In this document: positions 1 to 9,061 of the stretch, in pieces
Layout: each line of letters begins with the position of its first letter
Numbering within the stretch: position 1 is the stretch's first letter
NCBI GenBank assembly: GCA_016186905.1
Contig: JACPKS010000069.1
Span: 1,766 to 65,765, forward strand
Source: Deltaproteobacteria bacterium
GTDB taxonomy: Bacteria > Bdellovibrionota > UBA1018 > UBA923
DNA length: 64,000 nucleotides
Reading direction: 5' to 3'
Program-made: the position numbers and the translations under genes
The notes under the pieces: generated by a model
What the model was told of the DNA's origin: nothing
Seen by the model: only the letters and a program-made list of their open reading frames with translations
Databases searched by the model: none

Positions 1-118
1 CGATCTCAAAAAGCTTCAGCCCGAAGAGCTTCTGCACGCCGTCTTCGGCGACGACTATACGCGGCTGCGCGAAACCTTCACGGGAAAGGCGTACGGCACT
101 TACCTTCGCGCCACACTC

Positions 119-958
119 GTGACGTTCGCCGCGTATTTTCTCGCGGATACCGTTTCGCTTTTTACGGATAACCTGATCCCCGAACCTCCGACGGTGCCGC
201 CGCCCAAGATCGTGAAGAAAGCCGAGAAGACCCGCACCTTCGAACAGTACTCGGCGATTCTCACCCGGAATATCTTCAACTCCAAAGGACTCATCCCCGA
301 AGAGCAGGAGTTTGCGAGCGGGCCGCCGCGCAAAACGACGCTGCCGCTCAACCTCATCGGCACGGTCGTGCTCGCCGACGAGCTCAAGTCGATCGCGGCG
401 ATCGAGGACAAGGGCCAGAACATGGTTTTTCCGGTGCGCGTCGACGACTCGATCGACGGCAAGATCAAGATCACGAAGATCGAGCACCTGCGCGTTTACT
501 TCGTCAATCAAAGCACGGGGCACAACGAATATGTCGAGATCGTCGACGAATTTCCGAAGCTCAACGTGACGCCGGCGGCCCCGTCCGCGGGTGGCGGCTC
601 GCAGAAAAAAACGATGGGCGGAGTCACCCAGCTCGACGACTCCCACTACGAGGTCGAGCGCACGACGATCGACAAGAGCCTCACGAACATGGGCGAGGTT
701 CTTCAGCAGGCCCGCGCGATCCCCAACTTCGAGAACGGGATGCAGAACGGATATCGCCTCATCCAGATCGTGCCCGGGAGCATCTACGACCTGCTCGGGC
801 TCAAAAACAACGACGTCGTTTATTCCGTGGATGGAGAGCCTTTGAACGATCCCGGCAAGGCGTTCCAGCTTTTCAACCAGCTGCGCACGATCCAGCACCT
901 CGAGCTCGGCGTGAACCGCGGCGGAGCGAAGTCGGTGAAAAACTATGACGTGCGATGA
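119..958 (+). CDS. gspC: Type II secretion system protein GspC-like (N-terminal TM helix, C-terminal PDZ)
   Basis: ORF 119-958. Hydrophobic N-terminus (FAAYFLADTVSLF) and PDZ-like C-terminus (YRLIQIVPGSIYDLLGLKNNDVVYSVDGEPLND). Directly upstream of the secretin gene. The same frame is open back to base 2, so the true start may lie left of the window. Confidence 0.6.
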   Translation: MTFAAYFLADTVSLFTDNLIPEPPTVPPPKIVKKAEKTRTFEQYSAILTRNIFNSKGLIPEEQEFASGPPRKTTLPLNLIGTVVLADELKSIAAIEDKGQNMVFPVRVDDSIDGKIKITKIEHLRVYFVNQSTGHNEYVEIVDEFPKLNVTPAAPSAGGGSQKKTMGGVTQLDDSHYEVERTTIDKSLTNMGEVLQQARAIPNFENGMQNGYRLIQIVPGSIYDLLGLKNNDVVYSVDGEPLNDPGKAFQLFNQLRTIQHLELGVNRGGAKSVKNYDVR

Positions 959-974
959 CCGAACAGGAGAACTC

Positions 975-3608
975 ATGCCAGAAAATATGCCAGAGAAGAA
1001 GCACCCGGCGGTGAACCTGACGTTGTTGCTCTCGGCGGCTCTGTTGGCGTTCACGATGTCCGCCGCCAAGGGGTTCGCGCAGACGCCTCCACAACCACAG
1101 CAAAACCGCGGCTTCACTCCTCCCGGATCGAACTTTGGCGGCGGAAATCCGTTCGCGGGCGGCAGAGCCGGCGGAGCGGATTTCTTCGACGAGGACGAGG
1201 AAGACGAGGACATCGAGGACATCAGCGACGAGATATTAAGACAGCGCATGGAGCAGCGCCTGCGCGAGCGCTCGCAGTTCGCGAAGCCGGCCCAGACCCC
1301 GGCGCCACTGTCCGGCGGCAGTCAGAGCGGAGGTGCGGGCGGCGTCGACATGGGCAGCGCCGGCACTTCGGTGGGCGCGACCTCGCTCGCCGGGGGCGCT
1401 AACACGAAGATCACGCCGGGCGGAAAAGGCCCGAACTGCCTGAGGCTCGATCCGGATACGGGATACGGCCCCGACATCGTCACGAACTTCGACTTTCCCG
1501 ACGCCGACATCGTCGAGATCGCCAAAACCTTGGGCCGCCTCACGTGCGTGAACTTCATGTTCGACAAGGACGTGCGCGGCAAGATCTCGATCGTGAGCAA
1601 CTCCCCGATCACGGTCGGCGACGCGTGGAAGGCCTTCCTCACCTCGATGGACGTGAACGGCTTCTCGCTCATTCCCTCCGGAAAATATTACCGCATCGCG
1701 AGACAGCGCGACGCCAAGGACAAGCAGATCAAGACCTATTCGGGAGAGGCTTCGCCGGACAACGACATGTACATCACCCGCGTGATTCCGCTCAAGTACA
1801 TCAGCGCCGAAGAGGTGAGCCGCGTGTTCCGCAACTTCATGCCGCCGAACACCCGAATCATCTCGTACGACCAGACGAACACGATCATCATCACCGACAC
1901 TGGCTCGAACATCAAAAAAGTCACCGACATGCTCGACGTGCTCGACGTCGAGACCTACGATGAAAAGCTCGACGTGATCCGCATCAAGTACGCTTCGGCC
2001 CAGGATATCTCAAAACTCATCGACCAGCTTCTGCCCGGCGGGGGCGCCGGCGGCGGCGCTCCGGCGGGCGCGGTTCCCCGTTTCCGCGGCGGATTCGCCG
2101 CGCGGAGAACGAAAGAAGGCGGCGCGATCTCGCACATCATCCCCGACGACCGCACGAACTCCGTCATCGTTTCAGCCAACCAAAAAGGCCAGGAGCAGGT
2201 ACGCCAACTCATCCAGAAACTCGATCGCAAGGTCTCGGCCTCGGCCGGCGGCAGCAAGATCCACGTGATCTATCTGCAGTTCGCCGACGCCGAACAGGTT
2301 TCGCAGACGATCAACAACCTCGCCTCGGGGGCCGGCCCGCGTCCGGCGTCTCCAGGCGGCGCTTCCGCTCCGACAGCCCTCTTCGAAGGCGCGATCAAGA
2401 TCGCGGCCGACAAGCCGACGAACTCGCTCGTCATCACGGGCTCGCCGAGCGATTTTCAGACGGTCGCCCGCGTGATCTCGAAACTCGACGTTCCGCGCGA
2501 CCAGGTTTACGTCGAAGCGATCATCATGGAGATGACCGTCGACAAGACGTTCGAGCTGGGCACGTCGCTCGCCTCGCCCACCAACGGCGTCGGTTTTCTG
2601 CCGACCGGCGACCTCGGAAGCTTTCTCGTGAATCCACTTTCGGTGAACGGCCTCGTCATGGGCTTCAGCGGCGGAAAAAGCTCCAAAACCTTCACGCTTC
2701 CGGGCTCGACCCAATCCGTCACGGTGAGCAGCATCACGGGTCTCATCAAGGCGCTGCAGACGAATTCCAACGCCAACGTGCTCTCCACTCCGCAGCTTCT
2801 GACTCTCGACAACCAGGAAGCCACGATCGAAGTGGCCGAGACGATTCCGGTCCCGGTCGTGACGGCGGTGGGAGCCAGCGGAACGACCCAGCAGAGCGTT
2901 ACCCGCGAAAAAATCGCGCTCAACCTCACGATCAAGCCGCAGATCAACAAGATCTCAAGCTTCGTGAAGCTCGACATCAACCAGAAGCTCGAAGACATCA
3001 GCAACCGCACGCCGCCCAAAGCCGTGGCCGACCAGGCGCTCGGCACCCTTTCGCGCACTTCAAAAACCACCGTCGTCGTGCAAGACGGCGACACGGTCGC
3101 ACTCGGCGGCCTCGTGCGCGACAAGGTGCTCGAAAACGCGGTTAAGGTTCCGCTCCTGGGCGACATCCCCGTCATCGGCTGGCTCTTCCGTTCGAAGACG
3201 ACGAACACCGCGAAGCAAAACCTCATCTCGTTCATCACGCCGAGAATCGTCAAGCAGTACCAGCAGATCCGCAAAGTGCTCGACCGCAAGATTCGCGAGC
3301 GCGACGAGTTCATCGAGAAGAACCTCGGCGGCGAAGACGAATTCCAGGAGCAGAAGATGCGCATGATCAAGGATCTGCCGGCGCTCTCGGAGCTTAAGGA
3401 AGGCGGACGCGTCGAAAGCGGCGATATTGAAACCGCCGAAGCCGAGGTCGAAGAGGACGACCAAGTGAGAGTCAAGGTTGAACCATTGGCTCCAAAGGCC
3501 ACGGCACCCGCCGACGCGCCGGCCGCGCCGTCCACCGGCACGCCAACCAGGGAGGGTCAGCCGAAGCCAGCCCCGGTTCCGGCTGCTGGAACGAATCCCA
3601 AAGGATAA
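975..3608 (+). CDS. gspD: Type II secretion system secretin GspD
   Basis: Frame of ORF 945-3608. Best start is ATG 975, preceded by AGGAG at 964-968. Signal-like N-terminus. Secretin motifs NSLVITGSPSDFQTV, VYVEAIIMEM and LGGLVRDK..VPLLGDIPVIGWLFRS. Acidic/Gly-rich N-terminal insert and Pro/Ala-rich C-terminal tail. Confidence 0.92.
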   Translation: MPENMPEKKHPAVNLTLLLSAALLAFTMSAAKGFAQTPPQPQQNRGFTPPGSNFGGGNPFAGGRAGGADFFDEDEEDEDIEDISDEILRQRMEQRLRERSQFAKPAQTPAPLSGGSQSGGAGGVDMGSAGTSVGATSLAGGANTKITPGGKGPNCLRLDPDTGYGPDIVTNFDFPDADIVEIAKTLGRLTCVNFMFDKDVRGKISIVSNSPITVGDAWKAFLTSMDVNGFSLIPSGKYYRIARQRDAKDKQIKTYSGEASPDNDMYITRVIPLKYISAEEVSRVFRNFMPPNTRIISYDQTNTIIITDTGSNIKKVTDMLDVLDVETYDEKLDVIRIKYASAQDISKLIDQLLPGGGAGGGAPAGAVPRFRGGFAARRTKEGGAISHIIPDDRTNSVIVSANQKGQEQVRQLIQKLDRKVSASAGGSKIHVIYLQFADAEQVSQTINNLASGAGPRPASPGGASAPTALFEGAIKIAADKPTNSLVITGSPSDFQTVARVISKLDVPRDQVYVEAIIMEMTVDKTFELGTSLASPTNGVGFLPTGDLGSFLVNPLSVNGLVMGFSGGKSSKTFTLPGSTQSVTVSSITGLIKALQTNSNANVLSTPQLLTLDNQEATIEVAETIPVPVVTAVGASGTTQQSVTREKIALNLTIKPQINKISSFVKLDINQKLEDISNRTPPKAVADQALGTLSRTSKTTVVVQDGDTVALGGLVRDKVLENAVKVPLLGDIPVIGWLFRSKTTNTAKQNLISFITPRIVKQYQQIRKVLDRKIRERDEFIEKNLGGEDEFQEQKMRMIKDLPALSELKEGGRVESGDIETAEAEVEEDDQVRVKVEPLAPKATAPADAPAAPSTGTPTREGQPKPAPVPAAGTNPKG

Positions 3609-3627
3609 GAAAAAGTGATAAGATGGA

Positions 3628-5349
3628 ATGATGGCAACTGAAAAAATCCACGCGGCGCAAAGCCGCCAGAAAATCGGCGAGATCCTCCTTCGGACGACCT
3701 CGTTGACCGGACCGCAGCTCAAGGAAGCCCTCGAGATCCAGGCCAGGGAAGGCGGGGTGCTGGGCGAGATCCTGCTGCGCAAGAATTTCGTGATGCCGCA
3801 CGAGATCCTTAAGGCGCTTTGCGCGCAGCTCGACCTCCCGTTCGTGGAGGACCTCAAGCCGAACGACATCGACGCGGAGCTCGTCAAGAACATCCCGATC
3901 AATTACGCGAAAACAAAAGAAGTGCTTCCGCTCGCGCGCTATGACGGCACGCTGATGGTCGCGGTGAGCAACCCGTTCAACATGACGGTCATCGAGGACC
4001 TGCACGTTCTCACCGGGTGCCAGATTCAGATCATGGTGAGCACCTCGGCGCGCATCCAGGACGCCATCAACCGCGTCTACGAACGCGCGACGGCGAACCT
4101 CATCACCGACATCAAGGACGAGTTCGAGGAATCCTACGACCTCGAAGGGCCGATCGACATTCTCGACGCCTCCGAGCACGACGCTCCGGTCATCAAGTTC
4201 GTGAACTCGGCGATCTTCCGCGCCGTCAAGGAGCGCGCGAGCGACATCCACGTCGAACCCTACGAAAAAGAAATGGTGATCCGGTTCCGCATCGACGGCG
4301 TGCTCTACGACATCTTGAGGCAGCCCAAGCGCCCGCACTCCGCGATCATCTCGCGCATCAAGGTCATGGGCGTGCTCGACATCGCCGAAAAGCGCCTTCC
4401 GCAGGACGGCCGCATCAAGATCAAGCTCGCGGGCAAAGACATCGACATCCGCCTCTCGACGATTCCGACCGCGCACGGCGAGCGCGCCGTCCTTCGTCTC
4501 CTCGAACAAGGCGAAAAAGCCCTTGAGCTGCCGCAGCTGGGCTTTTCAGGCGACACGCTCATGAAGATCGAAAGGCTCATCGGGATGAAACACGGGATCA
4601 TGCTCGTGACGGGGCCCACGGGTCACGGCAAATCGACCACGCTCACGGCGTGTCTAACCAAGCTCAACAATCCCGAGCGCTGCATCATCACCGTGGAAGA
4701 TCCGATCGAATACGTAGTCTCGGGCGTGAACCAGATTCAGGTGAACGCGAAGATCGATCTCACGTTCGCACGCGCGCTGCGCTCGATTCTGCGCCAAAAC
4801 CCCGACGTCATCATGATCGGCGAAATCCGTGACCGTGAGACCGCCGAAATCGCGGTCAACGCCTCTCTCACCGGCCACCTCGTGCTCTCAACACTCCACA
4901 CGAACGACTCCGCGGGCGCGCCGCCGCGGCTTCTCGACATGGGTGTCGAGCCGTTTCTCGTGGCCTCCTCGCTTCTCGGCATCATCGCCCAGCGCCTCAT
5001 TCGAAAAGTCTGCCTGAAGTGCCGCCTTGAGTACGAACCGACCGACGTCGAGCTCGAGGAGCTCGGCGTAACGCGCGCGCAGGTCAAAGGCGGCCACTTC
5101 TACAAAGCGGTGGGCTGCCCCAGCTGCTCGGGTTCGGGCTACTCAGGCCGAACCGTCGCGTACGAAATCATGGTCATCGACGACGAGATCCGCCAGCTGA
5201 TCGTGAAAGAATCGGACGGCGGATCGATCAAGAAAAAAGCCGTGGAAAAAGGGATGAAGACGCTTCGAGAGGATGGCGTCGCGAAGGTCATGAACGGCAT
5301 CACGACGATCGAAGAGCTCCTGCGCGCAACGCAGGCGGACGAGGAATAA
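3628..5349 (+). CDS. gspE: Type II secretion ATPase GspE
   Basis: 573 aa. Walker A GPTGHGKST. GspE/PilB-type Cys pairs CLKC...CPSC. N-terminal T2SE_N-like region. Confidence 0.95.
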   Translation: MMATEKIHAAQSRQKIGEILLRTTSLTGPQLKEALEIQAREGGVLGEILLRKNFVMPHEILKALCAQLDLPFVEDLKPNDIDAELVKNIPINYAKTKEVLPLARYDGTLMVAVSNPFNMTVIEDLHVLTGCQIQIMVSTSARIQDAINRVYERATANLITDIKDEFEESYDLEGPIDILDASEHDAPVIKFVNSAIFRAVKERASDIHVEPYEKEMVIRFRIDGVLYDILRQPKRPHSAIISRIKVMGVLDIAEKRLPQDGRIKIKLAGKDIDIRLSTIPTAHGERAVLRLLEQGEKALELPQLGFSGDTLMKIERLIGMKHGIMLVTGPTGHGKSTTLTACLTKLNNPERCIITVEDPIEYVVSGVNQIQVNAKIDLTFARALRSILRQNPDVIMIGEIRDRETAEIAVNASLTGHLVLSTLHTNDSAGAPPRLLDMGVEPFLVASSLLGIIAQRLIRKVCLKCRLEYEPTDVELEELGVTRAQVKGGHFYKAVGCPSCSGSGYSGRTVAYEIMVIDDEIRQLIVKESDGGSIKKKAVEKGMKTLREDGVAKVMNGITTIEELLRATQADEE

Positions 5350-5355
5350 GCGACA

Positions 5356-6588
5356 ATGCCGATCTTCCAGTACAAAGCGCTCGACAGCGCCGGCAAAACG
5401 ATCCGCGGGATGATCGAGGCCGACTCGAGCAAGACCGCGCGCCAGAAGCTCAAAAAAAACGGTCTCTTTCTCACCGATATCGCCGAGAAAGGCCCAGGCG
5501 GCAAAGTCAGAGCCGGCGTTGGCGCCGCGCGTGGCGGCGCCCTCTTTTCGGGCCGCGTGAAAATCCACGAAATCTCGCTCACCACGCGCCAACTCGCTTC
5601 GCTGATCAAAGCCAATATCCCGCTCGTCGACGCGCTCACGGCGCTCATCGACCAGGTCGAGAACGAAAAGCTCAAGGTCGTGCTCTCCGGCGTGCGCCAG
5701 GACGTCAACGAGGGCGTCTCGCTCGCGAAAGCGATGTCCAAACATCCGAAAATTTTCACCAACATCTTCGTGAACATGGTTGAAGCCGGCGAGTCGTCCG
5801 GCACGCTTCCGCTCGTGCTCTTGCGCCTCGCGGACTTTCAGGAGGCGCAGGTCCGCCTTAAAAACAAAATCACTTCGGCGCTGATGTACCCCATGCTGAT
5901 GATGCTCACCGCGTTCACCCTGATCGTCGGCATCTTCACGTTCGTGATCCCGAAAATCGTCGGCATCTTCACGGCGATGAACAAGCCCATGCCGATGCAG
6001 ACTCGCGTGCTCATCGCGATCAGCAATTTCCTCACGAGCTACTGGTGGCTGGTGATCGGCGGCTCCGTGCTCGCGTACATCATGTTCAAACGCTACATCT
6101 CGACGGAGGGAGGGCGAAAACGCTGGGACGGCTTCAAACTCAAGCTTCCGCTGCTGGGCAACCTCATTCGAATGCTCGCGGTGGCCCGCTTCTCGAACAC
6201 GATGGCGACACTGCTGACCGGCGGCGTGCCGATTCTCACCGCGATGAACATCGTGAAAAACGTCGTGTCGAACACCCTCATCATGGAAGCGATCGCTCAA
6301 GCGCGCGAGAACGTGACCGAGGGCCAAAGCATCGCCGAGCCGCTGCGCAGGAGCAAGCAGTTCCCGCCGCTCGTCATCCATATGATCTCGATCGGCGAGA
6401 AGACCGGCGAGCTTCCGCAAATGCTTCAGAACGTAAGCGTCAGTTACGAGGAACAGGTTTCGGTCAAGATCGAGGGCCTCACGTCGCTGCTCGAACCCGC
6501 CATGATCATTTTCATGGGCGTGGTCGTGGGCGGCATCGTAGGCGCGATTTTCGTACCTTTGCTGCAGTTAAACGACATCAGCGGATGA
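5356..6588 (+). CDS. gspF: Type II secretion inner-membrane platform protein GspF
   Basis: 410 aa with a duplicated GspF/PilC-type domain and hydrophobic segments. Starts 7 nt after the gspE stop. Confidence 0.93.
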   Translation: MPIFQYKALDSAGKTIRGMIEADSSKTARQKLKKNGLFLTDIAEKGPGGKVRAGVGAARGGALFSGRVKIHEISLTTRQLASLIKANIPLVDALTALIDQVENEKLKVVLSGVRQDVNEGVSLAKAMSKHPKIFTNIFVNMVEAGESSGTLPLVLLRLADFQEAQVRLKNKITSALMYPMLMMLTAFTLIVGIFTFVIPKIVGIFTAMNKPMPMQTRVLIAISNFLTSYWWLVIGGSVLAYIMFKRYISTEGGRKRWDGFKLKLPLLGNLIRMLAVARFSNTMATLLTGGVPILTAMNIVKNVVSNTLIMEAIAQARENVTEGQSIAEPLRRSKQFPPLVIHMISIGEKTGELPQMLQNVSVSYEEQVSVKIEGLTSLLEPAMIIFMGVVVGGIVGAIFVPLLQLNDISG

Positions 6589-6599
6589 TTGGAGGAAAA

Positions 6600-7160
6600 A
6601 TGAAACGCATTTTAAATATGGTTTATTGCTTCTGCGACGAAGTGGTCGCTGCGCGACCGCGCTCCGAAAGCTCGCTCGTAAACTCGCGTCGCTTTCTCGC
6701 TCATCCGCGCCGCTTCAAAACGCGACACCTGTCGCGTTTTGCCGCGTTCACGCTCATCGAAATCATGATCGTGATCACGCTGCTGGGGCTCATCGGCACG
6801 TTCGCCGTGACGAACTTCATGGCCAAACTGCAGGAAGGCAACCGCAAGGGCACGAAGGTGCTGATCCAAGGCCTTCGCACGTCGCTCGACGATTTCATGA
6901 GAACCTGCAACAGCTATCCCACGAACGGCCAGGGCGGCCTCGATGCGTTACACACCCCGCCCTCCGACGGCTCGTGCAAGGATTACGACCCCAACGGATA
7001 CGTCAAAGACAAGAAGTTGCCGAAAGACGCCTGGGGGCACGCGTTCATCTATCTTTGCGACGACGGAAAAAAATATGTGCTGAAATCCCTGGGCCGTGAC
7101 GGCAAGGAGGGCGGCACGGGAGACGATAAGGACATCAGCACCGAAGATCCCGATTTCTAG
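6600..7160 (+). CDS. gspG: Major pseudopilin GspG with atypically long leader
   Basis: In frame of ORF 6045-7160, whose first ~185 codons overlap gspF in another frame. ATG 6600 has GGAGG at 6590-6594. Mature part is FTLIEIMIVITLLGLIGTFAV...GRDGKEGGTGDDKDI, typical of GspG. By my count, 49 residues precede the F of FTLIE, and residue -1 is Ala, not Gly. Confidence 0.8.
   Translation: MKRILNMVYCFCDEVVAARPRSESSLVNSRRFLAHPRRFKTRHLSRFAAFTLIEIMIVITLLGLIGTFAVTNFMAKLQEGNRKGTKVLIQGLRTSLDDFMRTCNSYPTNGQGGLDALHTPPSDGSCKDYDPNGYVKDKKLPKDAWGHAFIYLCDDGKKYVLKSLGRDGKEGGTGDDKDISTEDPDF
6717..6740 (+). promoter_or_regulatory. Perfect hairpin AAAACGCGACA-cc-TGTCGCGTTTT inside the gspG leader-coding region
   Basis: Read directly: 11-nt arms are exact reverse complements and the hairpin ends in T4. 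It lies 6 nt upstream of the codon for the mature +1 Phe (6747-6749). Function unknown (attenuator, RNA processing or stability element). Confidence 0.5.
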
Positions 7161-7171
7161 GGTGGAACGGT

Positions 7172-7771
7172 ATGTCGCGCAGTAACGTGGCGAGCGGCTT
7201 TACGTTGATTGAGGTTCTCGTGGTGGTCGCGCTGATCGGGTTGATCATGAGCATCGCCGTGCCTAACGTGACGCTCGCCCTCAAGGTGAACCTCTCGAAT
7301 TCGTCGCGCGAGCTCGCTTCGACGATCCGCTCGACCTACGACGAGTCGATCCTCAAGGGACAGGTCTACCGCGTCGCCTTCGACATCGAAAAAGGGGAAT
7401 ACTGGGTGGAGCAGGGCGAGCGCGGCTTTCTCATCCGCTCCGAGGAGCAGGCCGAAGAAGAACGCAGACGGCAGGAGCGCCTGACCGAAGAGGAGCGCGC
7501 GAAGAAAAAGGAGCCGTTCACGCTCGCAAGGGCGGTCACCAAGAGCAAGCGCAAGCTCCCCAAGGGCGTGCACTTCAGCGACGTCATCACCGCGCATACG
7601 AGGGATCCCCAGAAAGCCGGCATGGGGTACGCCCACGTTTTTCCGCACGGATTCATCGAAAAGCTCGTCATTCATCTGAAAGACGATTACGACCGCGCTT
7701 CAACGCTGGTCGTAAACCCCGTAACCGGCAAGTCGAGGCTCTTCGAACGGTATGTCGCTGAAGGCTTCTAA
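7172..7771 (+). CDS. gspH: Minor pseudopilin, GspH-like
   Basis: Prepilin-type N-terminus MSRSNVASG/FTLIEVLVVVALIGLI. 199 aa. Position after gspG. Confidence 0.65.
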   Translation: MSRSNVASGFTLIEVLVVVALIGLIMSIAVPNVTLALKVNLSNSSRELASTIRSTYDESILKGQVYRVAFDIEKGEYWVEQGERGFLIRSEEQAEEERRRQERLTEEERAKKKEPFTLARAVTKSKRKLPKGVHFSDVITAHTRDPQKAGMGYAHVFPHGFIEKLVIHLKDDYDRASTLVVNPVTGKSRLFERYVAEGF

Positions 7772-8279
7772 ACTACCGCGCAGTATGACCGGAAAAAAAG
7801 CGAGCAAGGGGTTCACTCTATTGGAAGTGATGATCGCCATCACCATCATGACCATCGCGTTCGCGGCGATCCTCACATCGCAGAGCGGCGCGATCACGCT
7901 GACCACGAAAACGAAGGAACTCAACATGTCCGCGTGGCTCGCGCGCAACATCATGATCGATTCCGAACATCTTTTCGAGGGCAAACCCTTTTCCGAGCTC
8001 CCGAAAGAAGAATCCCAGGCCTTCCCCGCGCCGTTTGAGCGCTACAAGTGGACGCGAGAGATCCGTGAAATCCAGCTTCCCGAGTTCTCGTTCAGCAAGG
8101 GCGAGGAAGGCGTGCCCGAAGCGGTGCGCATCCTCGCGAAGGTCGTCACGAAATTCCTGAACGGCGCGATCCGCGAGCTGGTCGTGACCGTGACCTGGAA
8201 GCGCGGCGAGGGCGAATACAAAGTCCAGCTCAGCACCTATCTCGTCGACCTTAACGCGGCGTTCGATTTCCAGATATGA
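7752..8279 (+). CDS. gspI: Minor pseudopilin, GspI-like
   Basis: KKASKG/FTLLEVMIAITIMTIAF. Small size. Start is ATG 7752 (overlaps gspH) or ATG 7785. Confidence 0.65.
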   Translation: MSLKASKLPRSMTGKKASKGFTLLEVMIAITIMTIAFAAILTSQSGAITLTTKTKELNMSAWLARNIMIDSEHLFEGKPFSELPKEESQAFPAPFERYKWTREIREIQLPEFSFSKGEEGVPEAVRILAKVVTKFLNGAIRELVVTVTWKRGEGEYKVQLSTYLVDLNAAFDFQI

Positions 8280-9061
8280 ATGAGGAGAAGCGAGGAGTCC
8301 AACGCAGTATGAACGGAAAAGAAGCGAGCGGCTTCACGCTCATCGAGCTCATGATCTCGATGACGATTCTCTCCTTCATCGCCATGACCGTCTATCAGAC
8401 CACGTCGCGCAGCTTCGAGCTGCGCGAAACACTGTCGCAGGACGGCGATTTCTACAACGCCATCCGCGTCGCGCTCGAGACGTTCGGCCGCGACGTCACC
8501 CACATCTACACTCCGCAGGCGGCCTCGCTTCCGGGAGAGATGGGCAAGCCCGCGAAGCCGGGCTCCGAAGCCGCCGCGGCGCTTTCGCCGTCGGTCTACC
8601 CGTTCTGGGGAGCCCTCATCAACTCGCACGGCGTGCGTCCCTCGCGTTTCAACGGATCCGACACGAAGATCTCGTTCGTCATCAATTCCCACGTGCGGCT
8701 CTTCCGCGACTCCGCGGAATCGGAATTCGCGAAAATCACGTATGCGCTCGAAGAAGACAAGCTCGCAGGCGGTAACGTGCTGGCGCTCGTGAAGCGCGAG
8801 AATCCCAACGCCTTCACTCTCGAGGAAAAACTCAGCGATGACGACGAAATCCGCTACACGCTGATTTCAGGCGTCAAGGGCCTGCGCCTGCGCTACCTCG
8901 ACGGGGAAAAAGACTCCTGGTCGAGCTCGTGGGATACGACGAGCTCCGACCATCTCGGCAAATTCCCCTCTCTCGTGGAGATCGAGCTCGAAATGGAGCT
9001 GCCGAAATCGGGCAACACGTTTACGGCGCAACAGCGCTACCGCACGGAGCTCGCGCTATGA
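8276..9061 (+). CDS. gspJ: Minor pseudopilin, GspJ-like
   Basis: KEASG/FTLIELMISMTILSFIAMTVYQ. About 250-261 aa. Start is ATG 8276 or ATG 8309. Confidence 0.65.
   Translation: MNEEKRGVQRSMNGKEASGFTLIELMISMTILSFIAMTVYQTTSRSFELRETLSQDGDFYNAIRVALETFGRDVTHIYTPQAASLPGEMGKPAKPGSEAAAALSPSVYPFWGALINSHGVRPSRFNGSDTKISFVINSHVRLFRDSAESEFAKITYALEEDKLAGGNVLALVKRENPNAFTLEEKLSDDDEIRYTLISGVKGLRLRYLDGEKDSWSSSWDTTSSDHLGKFPSLVEIELEMELPKSGNTFTAQQRYRTELAL

Noticed and set aside
5143-6420. Long antisense ORF (425 aa) opposite gspF. Similar long ORFs occur opposite many genes, for example 3472-4509, 9619-10359, 28034-29014, 38356-39801, 58376-59473, 61275-61853 and 62845-63465.
   Set aside because: Their products are Arg/Ala/Gly/Asp-rich low-complexity strings with no recognisable motifs. 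They lie antisense or out of frame to genes with clear homology. Long open antisense frames are expected in high-GC DNA.
6045-6599. 5' extension of the gspG ORF (371-aa version).
   Set aside because: The first ~185 codons overlap gspF in another frame and read as Arg-rich nonsense. ATG 6600, with GGAGG upstream, is the first credible start.
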